Program-made: the position numbers and the translations under genes
Source of the DNA: an uncultured Ruminococcus sp.
GTDB taxonomy: Bacteria > Bacillota > Clostridia > Oscillospirales > CAG-272
Reading direction: 5' to 3'
NCBI GenBank assembly: GCA_964630695.1
Contig: CAZVYZ010000002.1
Span: forward strand, 8,951-72,950
DNA length: 64,000 bases
Shown here: positions 18,136 to 27,773 of the stretch, piece by piece
Layout: each line of letters starts with the position of its first letter
How positions within the stretch are numbered: the first letter of the stretch is position 1
Notes under the pieces: generated by a model
Databases searched by the model: none
What the model was told of the DNA's origin: nothing
What the model saw: the letters and a program-made list of their open reading frames with translations, nothing else

Positions 18136-18480
18136 CTACGGAGTAATCTTCCGTGTATGAATTCCGGAATCCATAAATTCTATATATAACCTCAAGGCAC
18201 TTCTCAAAGTAGCCGTGCCATCATAAAGATTTCCATCCATCGGTACCCTATGTAGAACAGGAACGCCTAAAAGCTCTGCTCTTTTTGGATATGACAATGA
18301 ACGTAAAAGTCCATTGCACCGATTCAGTTCGTATTGCTTATCAAGGTCATACAGTTTATCCAATCGCCGACAATTGGATATGCGGCTCTCTGTAGTTTTA
18401 GCCGATAATCCCTTGGTTGCTTGTAGCCAACTCTCAAACTTTTTCTCTTCCTTCATAACTTTCCTTTCGATATACTTCAT
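18136..18480 (-). CDS. Hypothetical protein (114 aa)
   Basis: AT-rich ORF with 11-nt spacing from the upstream gene. No family recognised. Confidence 0.45.
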   Translation of the reverse strand: MKYIERKVMKEEKKFESWLQATKGLSAKTTESRISNCRRLDKLYDLDKQYELNRCNGLLRSLSYPKRAELLGVPVLHRVPMDGNLYDGTATLRSALRLYIEFMDSGIHTRKITP

Positions 18481-18491
18481 TCATTGATTTT

Positions 18492-19574
18492 TTATTTTGA
18501 AAAAAGTGATTCAATTGTGACATTCCCATCTGTACAGATAATTTCTGTAGCAGGAATATTTTCAAAAGTTGATTTGCTTATACCAATCCTTCTTAATTCA
18601 TCCTTTGTTCCAAGATAAGTAATTTTGCTAAGTTGCACACAATTACAAAAAGTACTTGTTCCAATATCAATAATGGAATTCGGAATTGTTATACTTTTCA
18701 ACTTTGTCGACCTATAAAATGCTCCCGAACAGATAAAGTGTGTTCCCTCTTGAATTTTCACAGAGTCAGATATTTTGTTAACATCCACAGTAGTTAATAA
18801 GTCCTCAATATACTGAACCCCGTCAATATTTCTAACATTATCATTATAATATTTCGTGTTTTCAAACGGCCATGAGGTATTTCCACCGGTTTCTACAGAA
18901 TCCCCGCCCCATCCGTACGGATTAAAGAACGAAGCAAATCGGTTATTGGGAAGTCTTATCGCCTCTAAGGTACTACATTTTTTAATAGGGTTACCATAAA
19001 TAACAACACCATTACAGGTTTTATCAAAAATGATTTCTTTTAACGATGATTTGATACTGGGGGCTTTTATTGGATTTCCGATGGGAGCGTTGATATGTTT
19101 AATATTGTCATGAATAAGTACCGTTGTTACACTTCCCCGCACCACATCAAATATTCCAAAACCAATAGAACAAACAGGAAGCGATTCATACTTGTGAGGA
19201 AATTCCAAAATTCCATTTTCTACTGCGGAAAGTGAAATATTCGTTATTGCATAACAATATTCATGCGTTGGGCATGGAGTTGCACATGATTTTGAAAGCA
19301 GTTTAAAGGAAAACCCTTCGGTTTCTGCCCTACCGCAAGTTTTGCAAGAATAATTCTTTTCCCCTTCTACATACCGATGTCCCAATGAATTGATATATGA
19401 ATCTCGGTATTCATTTTTGCAGTTTTTACATATATGAAGTGTATATCCTTGATAAACACAAGTCGGTGCAACAGTAGAGGTATAATAATCATGATGACAT
19501 TCACCATCTGCATTATGCATCCCACATCCACTCATAAATATTAAGAGCAAACACACAAATAAAACTTTTTTCAT
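18492..19574 (-). CDS. BspA-type leucine-rich-repeat lipoprotein with Cys-rich N-terminal module
   Basis: Lipobox FMSGC. CxxC pairs (ICKNCKN, CKTCG). LRR_5-like units such as ITIPNSIIDIGTSTFCNCVQLSKI. Confidence 0.8.
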   Translation of the reverse strand: MKKVLFVCLLLIFMSGCGMHNADGECHHDYYTSTVAPTCVYQGYTLHICKNCKNEYRDSYINSLGHRYVEGEKNYSCKTCGRAETEGFSFKLLSKSCATPCPTHEYCYAITNISLSAVENGILEFPHKYESLPVCSIGFGIFDVVRGSVTTVLIHDNIKHINAPIGNPIKAPSIKSSLKEIIFDKTCNGVVIYGNPIKKCSTLEAIRLPNNRFASFFNPYGWGGDSVETGGNTSWPFENTKYYNDNVRNIDGVQYIEDLLTTVDVNKISDSVKIQEGTHFICSGAFYRSTKLKSITIPNSIIDIGTSTFCNCVQLSKITYLGTKDELRRIGISKSTFENIPATEIICTDGNVTIESLFSK

Positions 19575-19595
19575 TTTACTTTCTCTCCAAACACT

Positions 19596-20654
19596 TTATT
19601 TTCCTTCCAAATAGGTAATCGTTGCATTCGCTTGGCTACCAATTGGTTTGCCGTTCAAACCGCTCCGATAAAACACATCCCCGTTAAGCCTGATTTCTTC
19701 AAATTGCGTTTTGGTTCCTTTGTAAATATATTCTGATAGATTAGCGCAGTCAATAAATGCTCCATATCCAATTGCAACTACCGATTGAGGAATCGAAACA
19801 GATTTCAAATTCGTATTTTTATAAAAAACATAATTTCCTATTATTCTTGTACCTGTCTTGATTTCTATATTGCTCGAAAGTTTATCAACATCAGATGCGA
19901 GCAATAAATCTTTTATATAGAACATTCCGTCTTCTAAAACAGCCTGTTGTTTAAAGAATACTGTGTCCTGAAAAAGATATCTATCTGAACTAAGGAATTG
20001 GGTGGTATCTGACGTAATAACCGAAAAGCATCCAACAGTAAATTCAACTTTACTTAATATATAACATTGGTTAAAAGCACCTCTTGAAATTTCTATATTG
20101 GAACAATCAGAATCAAATACAACTGTTTCTAAAGCAATAGGATTTTTTGTTTCTTTTTGGGCGGTTGTCGTTTCAAATAAGCATCCCTCTATTGTTCTTA
20201 TATTCTTATGAATTCTTAATTCTTTAATAAAATACCTCTTGCTATAAAAAGCCTTATTACTAATTTTCGTCACAGGAATTCCATAATGCTTCAATGGTAT
20301 ATCCACTACTCCAAGATGAATAGCATCGTTTCCGCAACCAATAATCTCATATTCGGTTCCTTTTGGGTTAAGCTTAAAATCAAAGCCTTCATCTTGAAAA
20401 TGACCACATTTATTGCAGATATATGTATCCGGACCTTCTACAAATTCATGTTGCAAAGCCTCTGTATTATCCTCAGTTTTAATTTTCCCACATAAAGAGC
20501 AACGATAATTTGTATAACCGCCGTGATAGCAGTTTGCTTGGACTGTTTCTTGCTTTTCGTAATTATGGTTACATTCATTTACACCACTTGTTGATGAACA
20601 TCCTTCCATAGCCAAGCAAAACAGAAACAGTACTAATAAAAACACCTTTTTCAT
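19596..20654 (-). CDS. BspA-type leucine-rich-repeat lipoprotein, tandem paralog
   Basis: Lipobox AMEGC. CSLCGK / CNKCGH pairs. Units such as VSIPQSVVAIGYGAFIDCANLSEY. Same architecture as 18492..19574. Confidence 0.8.
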   Translation of the reverse strand: MKKVFLLVLFLFCLAMEGCSSTSGVNECNHNYEKQETVQANCYHGGYTNYRCSLCGKIKTEDNTEALQHEFVEGPDTYICNKCGHFQDEGFDFKLNPKGTEYEIIGCGNDAIHLGVVDIPLKHYGIPVTKISNKAFYSKRYFIKELRIHKNIRTIEGCLFETTTAQKETKNPIALETVVFDSDCSNIEISRGAFNQCYILSKVEFTVGCFSVITSDTTQFLSSDRYLFQDTVFFKQQAVLEDGMFYIKDLLLASDVDKLSSNIEIKTGTRIIGNYVFYKNTNLKSVSIPQSVVAIGYGAFIDCANLSEYIYKGTKTQFEEIRLNGDVFYRSGLNGKPIGSQANATITYLEGK

Positions 20655-20970
20655 ATTATCACTCCTTTTGAAAAATCTTTTTCATGGCTTTTAATTTAAA
20701 ATTTGATGTTGTATTGTCACTTTTTATCTCTTGTCATATTCTCCTTTTCCCGCTTCAATCACCTGAAATATTTTTACTGTCACTTACACGATTGAATATT
20801 ACCGCCTTTCTTGATATAAAATGTCTAACATTTTGAGATCTTCAATAAAACTCTTTTATACCCAAATCGACCTCCCCTATAACCATTATACTCTATTTTT
20901 GAGTATTTGTCAATACTCAATTATTGAGTGTGATAATATTTTATTATTACACATTTAAAAGGAGCGTTTC

Positions 20971-21195
20971 ATGGATTATCGTACTAGAATGAGAAACCTA
21001 CGGGAAGACGGGGATTTAACGCAGAGGGAAGTGGCAAAGGTCATTAACAAATCCCAGCAAGGATACAGCCACATTGAAGAAGGACGTGCTGAGTTGAAAA
21101 TTGATGATCTTATCAAGCTTTGCAAATTTTACAATGTTAGTTCTGACTATTTTATAGGAATCAGCGAATCGAAAAATATACACTACACAAAATAA
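20971..21195 (+). CDS. XRE-family HTH transcriptional regulator
   Basis: 74 aa with LTQREVAKVINKSQQGYSHIEEGRAEL. The upstream palindrome TTGAGTATTTGTCAATACTCAA overlaps its putative -35. Confidence 0.85.
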   Translation: MDYRTRMRNLREDGDLTQREVAKVINKSQQGYSHIEEGRAELKIDDLIKLCKFYNVSSDYFIGISESKNIHYTK

Positions 21196-21503
21196 ATCCC
21201 AAGTAAAACAAATAATCGCAAATATACGCGCTCGGTATCTTCCCCGCCTGTTCGCGCAGGTTCTGCCGTCCCGCCTCCGAGAATTTCAGCGAGGCGTACC
21301 AATCCTTGTTCAGCAAATACAGGAGTGGTAGATTTCCGACCACCATGCAAGCCATGATGAGATATTCCATCCGCGCGGCAAACAGGATGCCTTTGACTTC
21401 CCCCTGCACGCGGCGGATGTCTCCGAGCTTTTCGACCGTTGGCATCAGCGTGTCCTTCAGCGTTCTGTCATTCTGACAGGCAATCAGCGTAAATCTTCGC
21501 CGT

Positions 21504-21647
21504 CATGAGTTCGCGCCCCCACCAAAATCCTGAAAATATCTGCGTTTCGTGATTTTTTTGTCACCGTGCCAAAGTGCCAAAAAGGGGCAAAAAACCGGGT
21601 AAAAACCCGGTTTTTGCGAAGAATATCCATTTTATGTTCTTCATATG
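21504..21647. repeat. 144-bp direct repeat, copy A
   Basis: Near-identical to 45439-45580. It contains hairpin AAAAAACCGGGTAAAAACCCGGTTTTT. Confidence 0.9.
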
Positions 21648-21780
21648 TGTCACTCACACAATCCGGATATTTTCGGCAAAATAGCATGGCGGGGGTGAAC
21701 CCATGTCGGGATTCCCGCTGTGGCATTCGCAAGTGTTATTTACACGATCTTACTCGCCCCCGCTTTTTTTGAGAAAGTTA

Positions 21781-21809
21781 TTGACTTTTTCGGTACGGAG
21801 TGATATAAT
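21781..21809 (+). promoter_or_regulatory. Consensus sigma-A promoter for the SGNH hydrolase gene
   Basis: TTGACT, 17-nt spacer, TATAAT. Confidence 0.65.
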
Positions 21810-21915
21810 AGCATGAAAGCGGTTACACATCATTGCCGGACACCCACCGCTATGCAGGCATATTTGCCACAGCTTTGTGCTAACCCAAAAGTCGAAATGA
21901 AAAAGGAGTTCCGAT

Positions 21916-23010
21916 ATGAAACAGCTTTCTTTGGATGAAATCGATGCGAATTTCCACGTTCCGAAAACCGTGACCGATGCGGATATCACCTGGCGCGACG
22001 TGCGGCAAGCCCCCTTTGCGGTCTACGGACTTTACGACTACAAAAATACAGTCCCCTTCCGTCGGATGCCCGAGGAGACTGCCGCCGCAGTCAGCGCGGG
22101 CGTTGCCGAGCTTTCCTATAACACCGCAGGCGGGCGGGTGCGCTTCTCCACCGATTCCGACCTGATTGCCATTCACGCCACCATGAACCGCATCGGCAAA
22201 ATGCCGCATATCCCGCTCACGGGCTCCGCAGGCTTCGACCTCTATGTCGATGACCCCGCAACGGGGACGTCCCGCTATTTCCGCACCTTCATGCCGCCGT
22301 TTGACATTGTGGACGGCTACGAGGCTGCGGTCCGCTTCCCCTCGCGGAAGCTGCGGTACATCACCGTCAATTTCCCGCTTTACGCAGGGGTCGATACGCT
22401 CCTGATCGGAACGCGGGACAATGCAACGGTCGGCGAGGGACTTCGCTACCGCGACAGCGCGCCCATCGTCTATTACGGCAGCTCCATCACGCAGGGCGGT
22501 TGCGCCTCGCGCCCGGGGAACTGCTACCAGAACATTGTCGCGCGCCGCACGGGACTGGATTACGTCAACCTCGGCTTTTCCGGCAGCGGCAAGGCGGAGG
22601 ACGCGATGATCGATTACCTCGCATCGCTCGAAATGTGCGCATTCATCTCGGATTACGACCACAACGCGCCGAACCCCGAGCACCTGCGCAATACGCACTG
22701 CAAGCTCTATCAAGCAATCCGCGCCGCGCACCCCAACATCCCCTATCTCATGATTTCCCGCATCGACTTTGACAGCGCCTACACCGAGAACCTTGCGCGC
22801 AGGGATGTCATCCTCGACACCTACCGCTACGCGCTGGAGCACGGTGACCGCAACGTGTATTACATTGACGGCGCGTCGGTCTTTCGCGGTCCGGATGAGG
22901 ACGGTTGCACCGTGGACGGAACGCACCCGAACGACCACGGCTTCGCCCTTTACGCCGATGCGCTCTGTGCCGAGCTGAAACGAGCGTTCACCGAACAGGC
23001 GTTTCTGTGA
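21916..23010 (+). CDS. SGNH/GDSL-family hydrolase (carbohydrate esterase-like)
   Basis: 364 aa with block I YYGSSITQG, block III GSG and block V DGTHPND. Confidence 0.8.
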   Translation: MKQLSLDEIDANFHVPKTVTDADITWRDVRQAPFAVYGLYDYKNTVPFRRMPEETAAAVSAGVAELSYNTAGGRVRFSTDSDLIAIHATMNRIGKMPHIPLTGSAGFDLYVDDPATGTSRYFRTFMPPFDIVDGYEAAVRFPSRKLRYITVNFPLYAGVDTLLIGTRDNATVGEGLRYRDSAPIVYYGSSITQGGCASRPGNCYQNIVARRTGLDYVNLGFSGSGKAEDAMIDYLASLEMCAFISDYDHNAPNPEHLRNTHCKLYQAIRAAHPNIPYLMISRIDFDSAYTENLARRDVILDTYRYALEHGDRNVYYIDGASVFRGPDEDGCTVDGTHPNDHGFALYADALCAELKRAFTEQAFL

Positions 23011-23164
23011 GCGCGGACGATACGAAAAATGAGCCGGAATGCACGCATAAAAACCCAACCACAGAGAGAGAGGATCGATGCTTTGCGTCGATCCTCTCTC
23101 TCTGTCCGCCCCTCTCAAATAGTCATAAGGCACAATTTTGCTCTATACTTTTGTTTCATACCGA

Positions 23165-23336
23165 TTTAAGGCAACACCGCGCAATTCGCAATCGGCGCAC
23201 TCGCTCGCGCCTTTCCCGTCATACTTCACAAAAATCCTTGCCTGTAGCCGCGCTACAGCCTGCGAATTTTTGTATTGTCTGACGAAAAATCCGGCTTCGC
23301 GATTTCACCATCGGAATTGCGCGGTATTGCCTTAAG
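23165..23336. repeat. MITE-like element, family B (long copy)
   Basis: Terminal inverted repeats TTTAAGGCAACACCGCGCAATTCGCAATCGG / CCATCGGAATTGCGCGGTATTGCCTTAA enclose ~110 nt. Confidence 0.7.
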
Positions 23337-23577
23337 ATGAAAATCGCATATATTCAAAAACATTGAAAGGAATTCCGTCTACAACATTACAAGTGCATTT
23401 TCAAGCTCCGGTTACCGGATTGGGAAGTCCTTTCAGGTATTCTGATACATTCTGATATTCGTCGCCTTGCTCGGTAATCATGCTTTCTCCACGATACAAC
23501 ACATATCTTCCGGTTATTTTAACGAATAGTTCTTCCGTGCGTCGACATTTATCTATATCCCTAGGATTCCACCTTCC

Positions 23578-24210
23578 TCAGCAGTCCGTATCAAACAGCC
23601 GCCGTTCGACCTCGGCACAGATGGCGTGGTAAACAGGCAGATGATACTCCTGTACCATAAAGGTCTCGGTCACGGGAACGCGGATGGCAATGTCACAGAT
23701 TTCCGCCAGTTTTCCGCCGGTTGCGCCGGTCAAACCGATTGTGGTGACGCCGACCGCGTTGGCGGTTTTTGCGGCAAGGACGACGTTTTCGGAGTTGCCG
23801 GAGGTGGAGATGCCGAGAAAGACATCCCCCGACCGCGCGCAGGCAAGAACGGTCTGCGCATAGACCAGCTTCGGCTCTACATCGTTGGCAAACGCGCTGA
23901 GAATGGCACTCTGTTCGGGCAGGGAAATGGCGCACAGTCCCTGCTGGAATTTCGCCGTCATCTCGGCGGGAATGCCCGCGTCAAGCAGTTTCTTTTGCGC
24001 CGATTCCGATAAGGGTCGCTTGGAGAGAAAGCCTTTTTCCAACTCTCCCACAATGTGTCCGCAGTCCGCCGCGCTCCCGCCGTTGCCGCAAAGGAGCAGC
24101 TTTGCCCCCGCGCGGTGCATGGTGACGATGGCTTCCGCGGCACGTTCAATCTCCGGCAGGCAGTCCGTCAGAGCGGGATACCGCTTGCCGAGCAGTTCGA
24201 TGGTATTCAT
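23578..24210 (-). CDS. SIS-domain sugar-phosphate isomerase (GmhA/DiaA-like)
   Basis: 210 aa with LLLCGNGGSAADCGHIVGEL and ISTSGNSENV. Confidence 0.8.
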   Translation of the reverse strand: MNTIELLGKRYPALTDCLPEIERAAEAIVTMHRAGAKLLLCGNGGSAADCGHIVGELEKGFLSKRPLSESAQKKLLDAGIPAEMTAKFQQGLCAISLPEQSAILSAFANDVEPKLVYAQTVLACARSGDVFLGISTSGNSENVVLAAKTANAVGVTTIGLTGATGGKLAEICDIAIRVPVTETFMVQEYHLPVYHAICAEVERRLFDTDC

Positions 24211-25145
24211 TTGTTTTCCCTCCGTGCTTCTTCCGCGACCGCAATCGCGGCATAGTCTCCGATGGCGTTCCCCAACTGCGCGGTGCGGATCGAACAGACC
24301 GCCGCAGACATGGGGAGCGCTTCTTCCCGGATGATGCGTTCCGCTTCCGCCCGCAACAGGTTCTCCGAGTGGGTAAAGACACTGCCGATGACGATTGCCT
24401 CCGGATTGAACAGGTCAATCAGGATCGAAAGTCCCCGACCGAGCTGCTCGCCGCAATAGCGGTAGACCCCGATTGCATCCGTATCGCCCGCATCCGCCGC
24501 ATCGGCAATCGTTTTGGCGGTGACGGTCGGCAGTTCGGCTTCCGTCTGACAATAGAGCGGATGCCTTCCCTCCTTCAGGGCTTGGATGGCGCGCATCTGA
24601 CCCAACTGCTTCAGCCCGCCGCCACTGCAAAAGCCCTCAAACGAGCCTTTCTTGCCGTAGCCGACAGGACCGTCCGCCGCCATGCGGAGATGTCCGACCT
24701 CGCCCGCGTTGCCGTTTGTGCCGCCGTAGAGCCGACCGTCCAGAATCAGCCCCGCGCCCATACCCGTGCCGAAGGTGAGGAAAATCATGTTTTTCGTTCC
24801 TCTCCCCGCGCCGTACCGCCACTCTGCCAACGCGCAAGCGTTCGCATCGTTGCGCAGAGCGACCGGCACACCAAAGCGTTTCCGCAACCGCTCGCAGATC
24901 GGTACTTTATCCCACCCCGGCAGGTTCGGCGGGGAAAGAATGATACCGCGATTCTCGTCCAACGGTCCACCGCAGCTGATGCCGATGGCATCGAACGGGG
25001 CGAAGGACGCGACCAGTTCCTCGATTTTTGCAAGACTTTGCGCGCAAGGCAGGGTAGCGAACGCAACGCGGTTCAGGATTTTTCCCGTGTTATCCGCCTG
25101 TACGACGGCGCATTTCGTGCCGCCGATATCGATTCCAATTTTCAT
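24207..25145 (-). CDS. ROK-family sugar kinase
   Basis: 312 aa with MKIGIDIGGTKCAVV and GAGLILDGRLYGG. 4-nt overlap with the SIS gene. Confidence 0.85.
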   Translation of the reverse strand: MKIGIDIGGTKCAVVQADNTGKILNRVAFATLPCAQSLAKIEELVASFAPFDAIGISCGGPLDENRGIILSPPNLPGWDKVPICERLRKRFGVPVALRNDANACALAEWRYGAGRGTKNMIFLTFGTGMGAGLILDGRLYGGTNGNAGEVGHLRMAADGPVGYGKKGSFEGFCSGGGLKQLGQMRAIQALKEGRHPLYCQTEAELPTVTAKTIADAADAGDTDAIGVYRYCGEQLGRGLSILIDLFNPEAIVIGSVFTHSENLLRAEAERIIREEALPMSAAVCSIRTAQLGNAIGDYAAIAVAEEARRENK

Positions 25146-25194
25146 AAAAAATCCTCATAATTGTGTTTATTATCACATTGCCCTCCCCGAATAC

Positions 25195-25223
25195 TTGACA
25201 AATGTCGCTTTTTTTGATATAAT
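25195..25223 (+). promoter_or_regulatory. Consensus promoter for the LacI-family regulator
   Basis: TTGACA, 17-nt spacer, TATAAT. It is followed by the inverted repeat TTGATAT..ATATCAA. Confidence 0.6.
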
Positions 25224-25260
25224 GATAATATCAACCAAAATCACGGACAAGGAGAGCAAA

Positions 25261-26304
25261 ATGTCTGAAAACAAGGTCACAGTCTATACCCTTGCACAAG
25301 AGCTTGGCGTTTCGGTTGCCGCCATCAGCCGTGCTTTTGATCCAAAGTCCCGCCTCAGCCGCGAAAAGCGGGAAATGATTTTGCGTACCGCAGAAAAATA
25401 CGGTTACAAGCCAAACCGCATTGCATCCCGACTGTCGATGGAACCGATTCATATCGGTGTTCTGAATTTCGGCTACATCAAAAACTTTTATACCGAGATA
25501 CAGAACGGAATCAACAACGCGTATAACAATCTCAGGGATTATAAGCTGGAATGTGATATGCGGGTTCTGCAACGCGGCGAGCATACCATGCAGGAAGCCT
25601 TGTCTGTTCTGGATGAATTCTATGAGAAGCATTACGATGGGGTCATCATCAGCGGTATCTACGAGGACTGCGTTGTTGACTACATCAACCGTTTGGCAAA
25701 GGCGGGGATTCGGGTTGCCACGGTTCATTACAATCTGGAAAACAGCGACCGACTGTTTGCGTCTTTGAGCAACTATCAGGTAATCGGACAAATGGCTGCG
25801 GAGCTTTTCGGAATGCTCCTGCGAAACGCCCCCACACGCGAAACCGTGTTGTTTACGGGAAACCAATCCTCGATTCCGCACCAAATTCTGACCCAATCCT
25901 TCCGCGCCTCCTCTGAAAAATTCGGATTTCCCGTTGTCGCGGTATACGACACCAAGGACTCCCCCAAATGCGCAGCCGAATTGGTCGATGAGGCATTCGC
26001 GACACATCCGAAACTCGCGGCAATCTATGTCAGCTCGGCAAACTCCATTCCCATCTGTCGCTATCTGGCAGAGCATGGACTGTCACAGAAGGTGGTATGC
26101 GTGACATCCGATATTTTTGCGGAACTTTGCCCCTATATCGAAAACGGTACTGTCAATGCAACGATTTATCAGAACCCGTTCAGCATGGGCTATACCGCCT
26201 TGGATCTGCTTTATCATGCGATTGCAGAAGGAAAAAAAGTCAGCGGTTGCGTCTGTTCCACGCCGCACATCGTCCTTTCCTCCAATTTGAACTGCTATCG
26301 GTAA
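25261..26304 (+). CDS. LacI-family transcriptional regulator
   Basis: Start at MSENKVTVYTLAQELGVSVAAISRAF (HTH), followed by a periplasmic-binding-fold C-terminal domain. 347 aa. Confidence 0.9.
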   Translation: MSENKVTVYTLAQELGVSVAAISRAFDPKSRLSREKREMILRTAEKYGYKPNRIASRLSMEPIHIGVLNFGYIKNFYTEIQNGINNAYNNLRDYKLECDMRVLQRGEHTMQEALSVLDEFYEKHYDGVIISGIYEDCVVDYINRLAKAGIRVATVHYNLENSDRLFASLSNYQVIGQMAAELFGMLLRNAPTRETVLFTGNQSSIPHQILTQSFRASSEKFGFPVVAVYDTKDSPKCAAELVDEAFATHPKLAAIYVSSANSIPICRYLAEHGLSQKVVCVTSDIFAELCPYIENGTVNATIYQNPFSMGYTALDLLYHAIAEGKKVSGCVCSTPHIVLSSNLNCYR

Positions 26305-26441
26305 AAAGTCGCCGCGCCCTTTGGGCGCGGCGCAAAATCCGAAAAATAGAAATCCTCCATCAGCGAATTGACATAGTTGGTCCGTCTCCGCTCGCGCTTG
26401 GATTCCTGATCGATCCGCGCCTGTAATTGCTTTTTGTCCAT
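26295..26441 (-). CDS. Possible 48-aa highly charged sORF
   Basis: Strong RBS GGGAGGGGAG 4 nt before the ATG. The product is MDKKQLQARIDQESKRERRRTNY... Its 3' end runs through the LacI terminator hairpin, so it is doubtful. Confidence 0.25.
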   Translation of the reverse strand: MDKKQLQARIDQESKRERRRTNYVNSLMEDFYFSDFAPRPKGAATFYR

Positions 26442-26595
26442 CGGTCTCCCCTCCCGCCGTTTTTTGGGTACGGTTTCAGTATACCACATTCTCCCGGATT
26501 TTTCAAGAGAAAGAAAAAATTTGACCCGCAACCGTTCCGCCCTCCGTTTTCACGGAGTTTTGCGGAACGGCTGCGGGTTGTCCGGCCGAACGGTT

Positions 26596-27657
26596 TCAGA
26601 AGGTCAGTTCCTTCTTCTGCGCAGCCGAATCGTAGAGCGCCTGCAACAGCTTGGCACTCTCCAGAATGTTGTCGATGTGCGTCTTGGTGTGCTCACCGGT
26701 CTCGATGGCAGCAAGGAACGCCTCGTCTTCCTTCTGGTACATATCCGGGATCTTGTAGAGCGGCTGCTTCTTCATCAGCGTGCCGTCCTCAACCGTCCAC
26801 CACTCAAAGTCTTTTCCGTAGTGGAGACGGATACCGCCCTTATCGCCCATGAAATCGACGAACATCTCGTCCTCGCCGATGTTCTGCGCCCATGCGCCAT
26901 TGAAGGAAATGCTTGCCTTATCGGTGCGGATGTAGCCCGTAACCATATCGTCCACATCGTTTGTGCCGTTCAGATCCTTCGTATCCTCCGCCCACATCGA
27001 CTTGTAAACATAATCCTTCATGTCCTTTGCCATTTCGTTGTAGGTGTCGCAGGTGACGGTCTTGAGTTTTGCGCCGCCCAGCACGTACAGGATCAGGTCA
27101 AGGAAGTGAATGCCCCAGTCAATCAGTACGCCGCCGCCGGACTGCTCCTTGGTTGTAAAAGCGCCGCCCAGTCCCGGAATGCTGCGATAGTTGCGGAACG
27201 AGCAATATACATGATAGAGATTGCCGAGTTTACCCGAAGCGTTCAGCGCCTCGATCATCTCCACCGACTTCTGATACCGGTTGCAGACGCCGATGTTCAG
27301 CAGCTTCCCCTGCTTGTTTGCTTCCGCCGCCATTTCGCAGGAAAGCGGATAGCTGACGGTAATCGGCTTTTCGCACAGCACGTGCTTGCCTGCGCGGAGC
27401 GCGTCCATGGCAACCGTGTAGTGCGCATAGTTCGGAGTCAGAACCCAGACCGCTTCCACTTCCGGATCTTTCAGCGCGATATTGTAGTCGGTAATCGCCT
27501 GCTCGCAGCCGAAATCGCGAACCGCTTTTTCCGCCTTCTCCGCAATCAGATCGCAGGCGTACTTCACCCGGACATTATCCATTTTTGTAAATGCCGGAAG
27601 GTGCGCGTTCTGCGCGATTCTTCCGCAACCGATAACCGCAATGCAATGTTTTTTCAT
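26596..27657 (-). CDS. Gfo/Idh/MocA-family oxidoreductase
   Basis: 353 aa with a MKKHCIAVIGCGRIAQNAHLP Rossmann N-terminus. Confidence 0.9.
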   Translation of the reverse strand: MKKHCIAVIGCGRIAQNAHLPAFTKMDNVRVKYACDLIAEKAEKAVRDFGCEQAITDYNIALKDPEVEAVWVLTPNYAHYTVAMDALRAGKHVLCEKPITVSYPLSCEMAAEANKQGKLLNIGVCNRYQKSVEMIEALNASGKLGNLYHVYCSFRNYRSIPGLGGAFTTKEQSGGGVLIDWGIHFLDLILYVLGGAKLKTVTCDTYNEMAKDMKDYVYKSMWAEDTKDLNGTNDVDDMVTGYIRTDKASISFNGAWAQNIGEDEMFVDFMGDKGGIRLHYGKDFEWWTVEDGTLMKKQPLYKIPDMYQKEDEAFLAAIETGEHTKTHIDNILESAKLLQALYDSAAQKKELTF

Positions 27658-27773
27658 AGAATCATCCCCATTTTCAAAGACTTTGCGGATTCTTCCGCTA
27701 TCTGCATTATAGCATCAAATCCAGTTTTTGTCTTTATCCGTTGTAATCCGCTTGTTTAACATTTTTCGCACTT

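Larger units (their letters stand above)
18110..21225. mobile_element. AT-rich islet inserted into the T4SS remnant
   Basis: Abrupt, visible drop in GC relative to both flanks. It carries four genes and truncates the flanking high-GC reading frames. Confidence 0.45.

Noticed and set aside
21161-21445. 94-aa minus-strand ORF at the right edge of the AT-rich islet.
   Set aside because: The high-GC part (21225-21445) looks like the 5' portion of a lost gene running into foreign AT-rich DNA. No family or intact C-terminus was found, so it is used only as evidence for the insertion boundary.
21504-21525. The start of the 144-bp repeat (GAGTTCGCGCCCCCACCA) resembles a tRNA 3' end with CCA.
   Set aside because: The T-stem and loop cannot be paired, and no tRNA body lies upstream in either copy. 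At most it is a relic, so it is not called.
21484-21732. 82-aa ORFs crossing each copy of the 144-bp repeat (21484..21732, 45495..45743, and also 21566..21772, 45419..45601 and 45508..45861).
   Set aside because: The ORFs share sequence only within the repeat and diverge completely outside it. They run through a terminator hairpin, lack an RBS, and several use non-ATG starts.
23340-23577. Lower-GC stretch downstream of the SIS gene with an open frame (..ELFVKITGRYVLYRGESMITEQGDEYQNVSEYLKG).
   Set aside because: There is no start codon or RBS in that frame. It is probably a gene relic, and not enough is left to name it.
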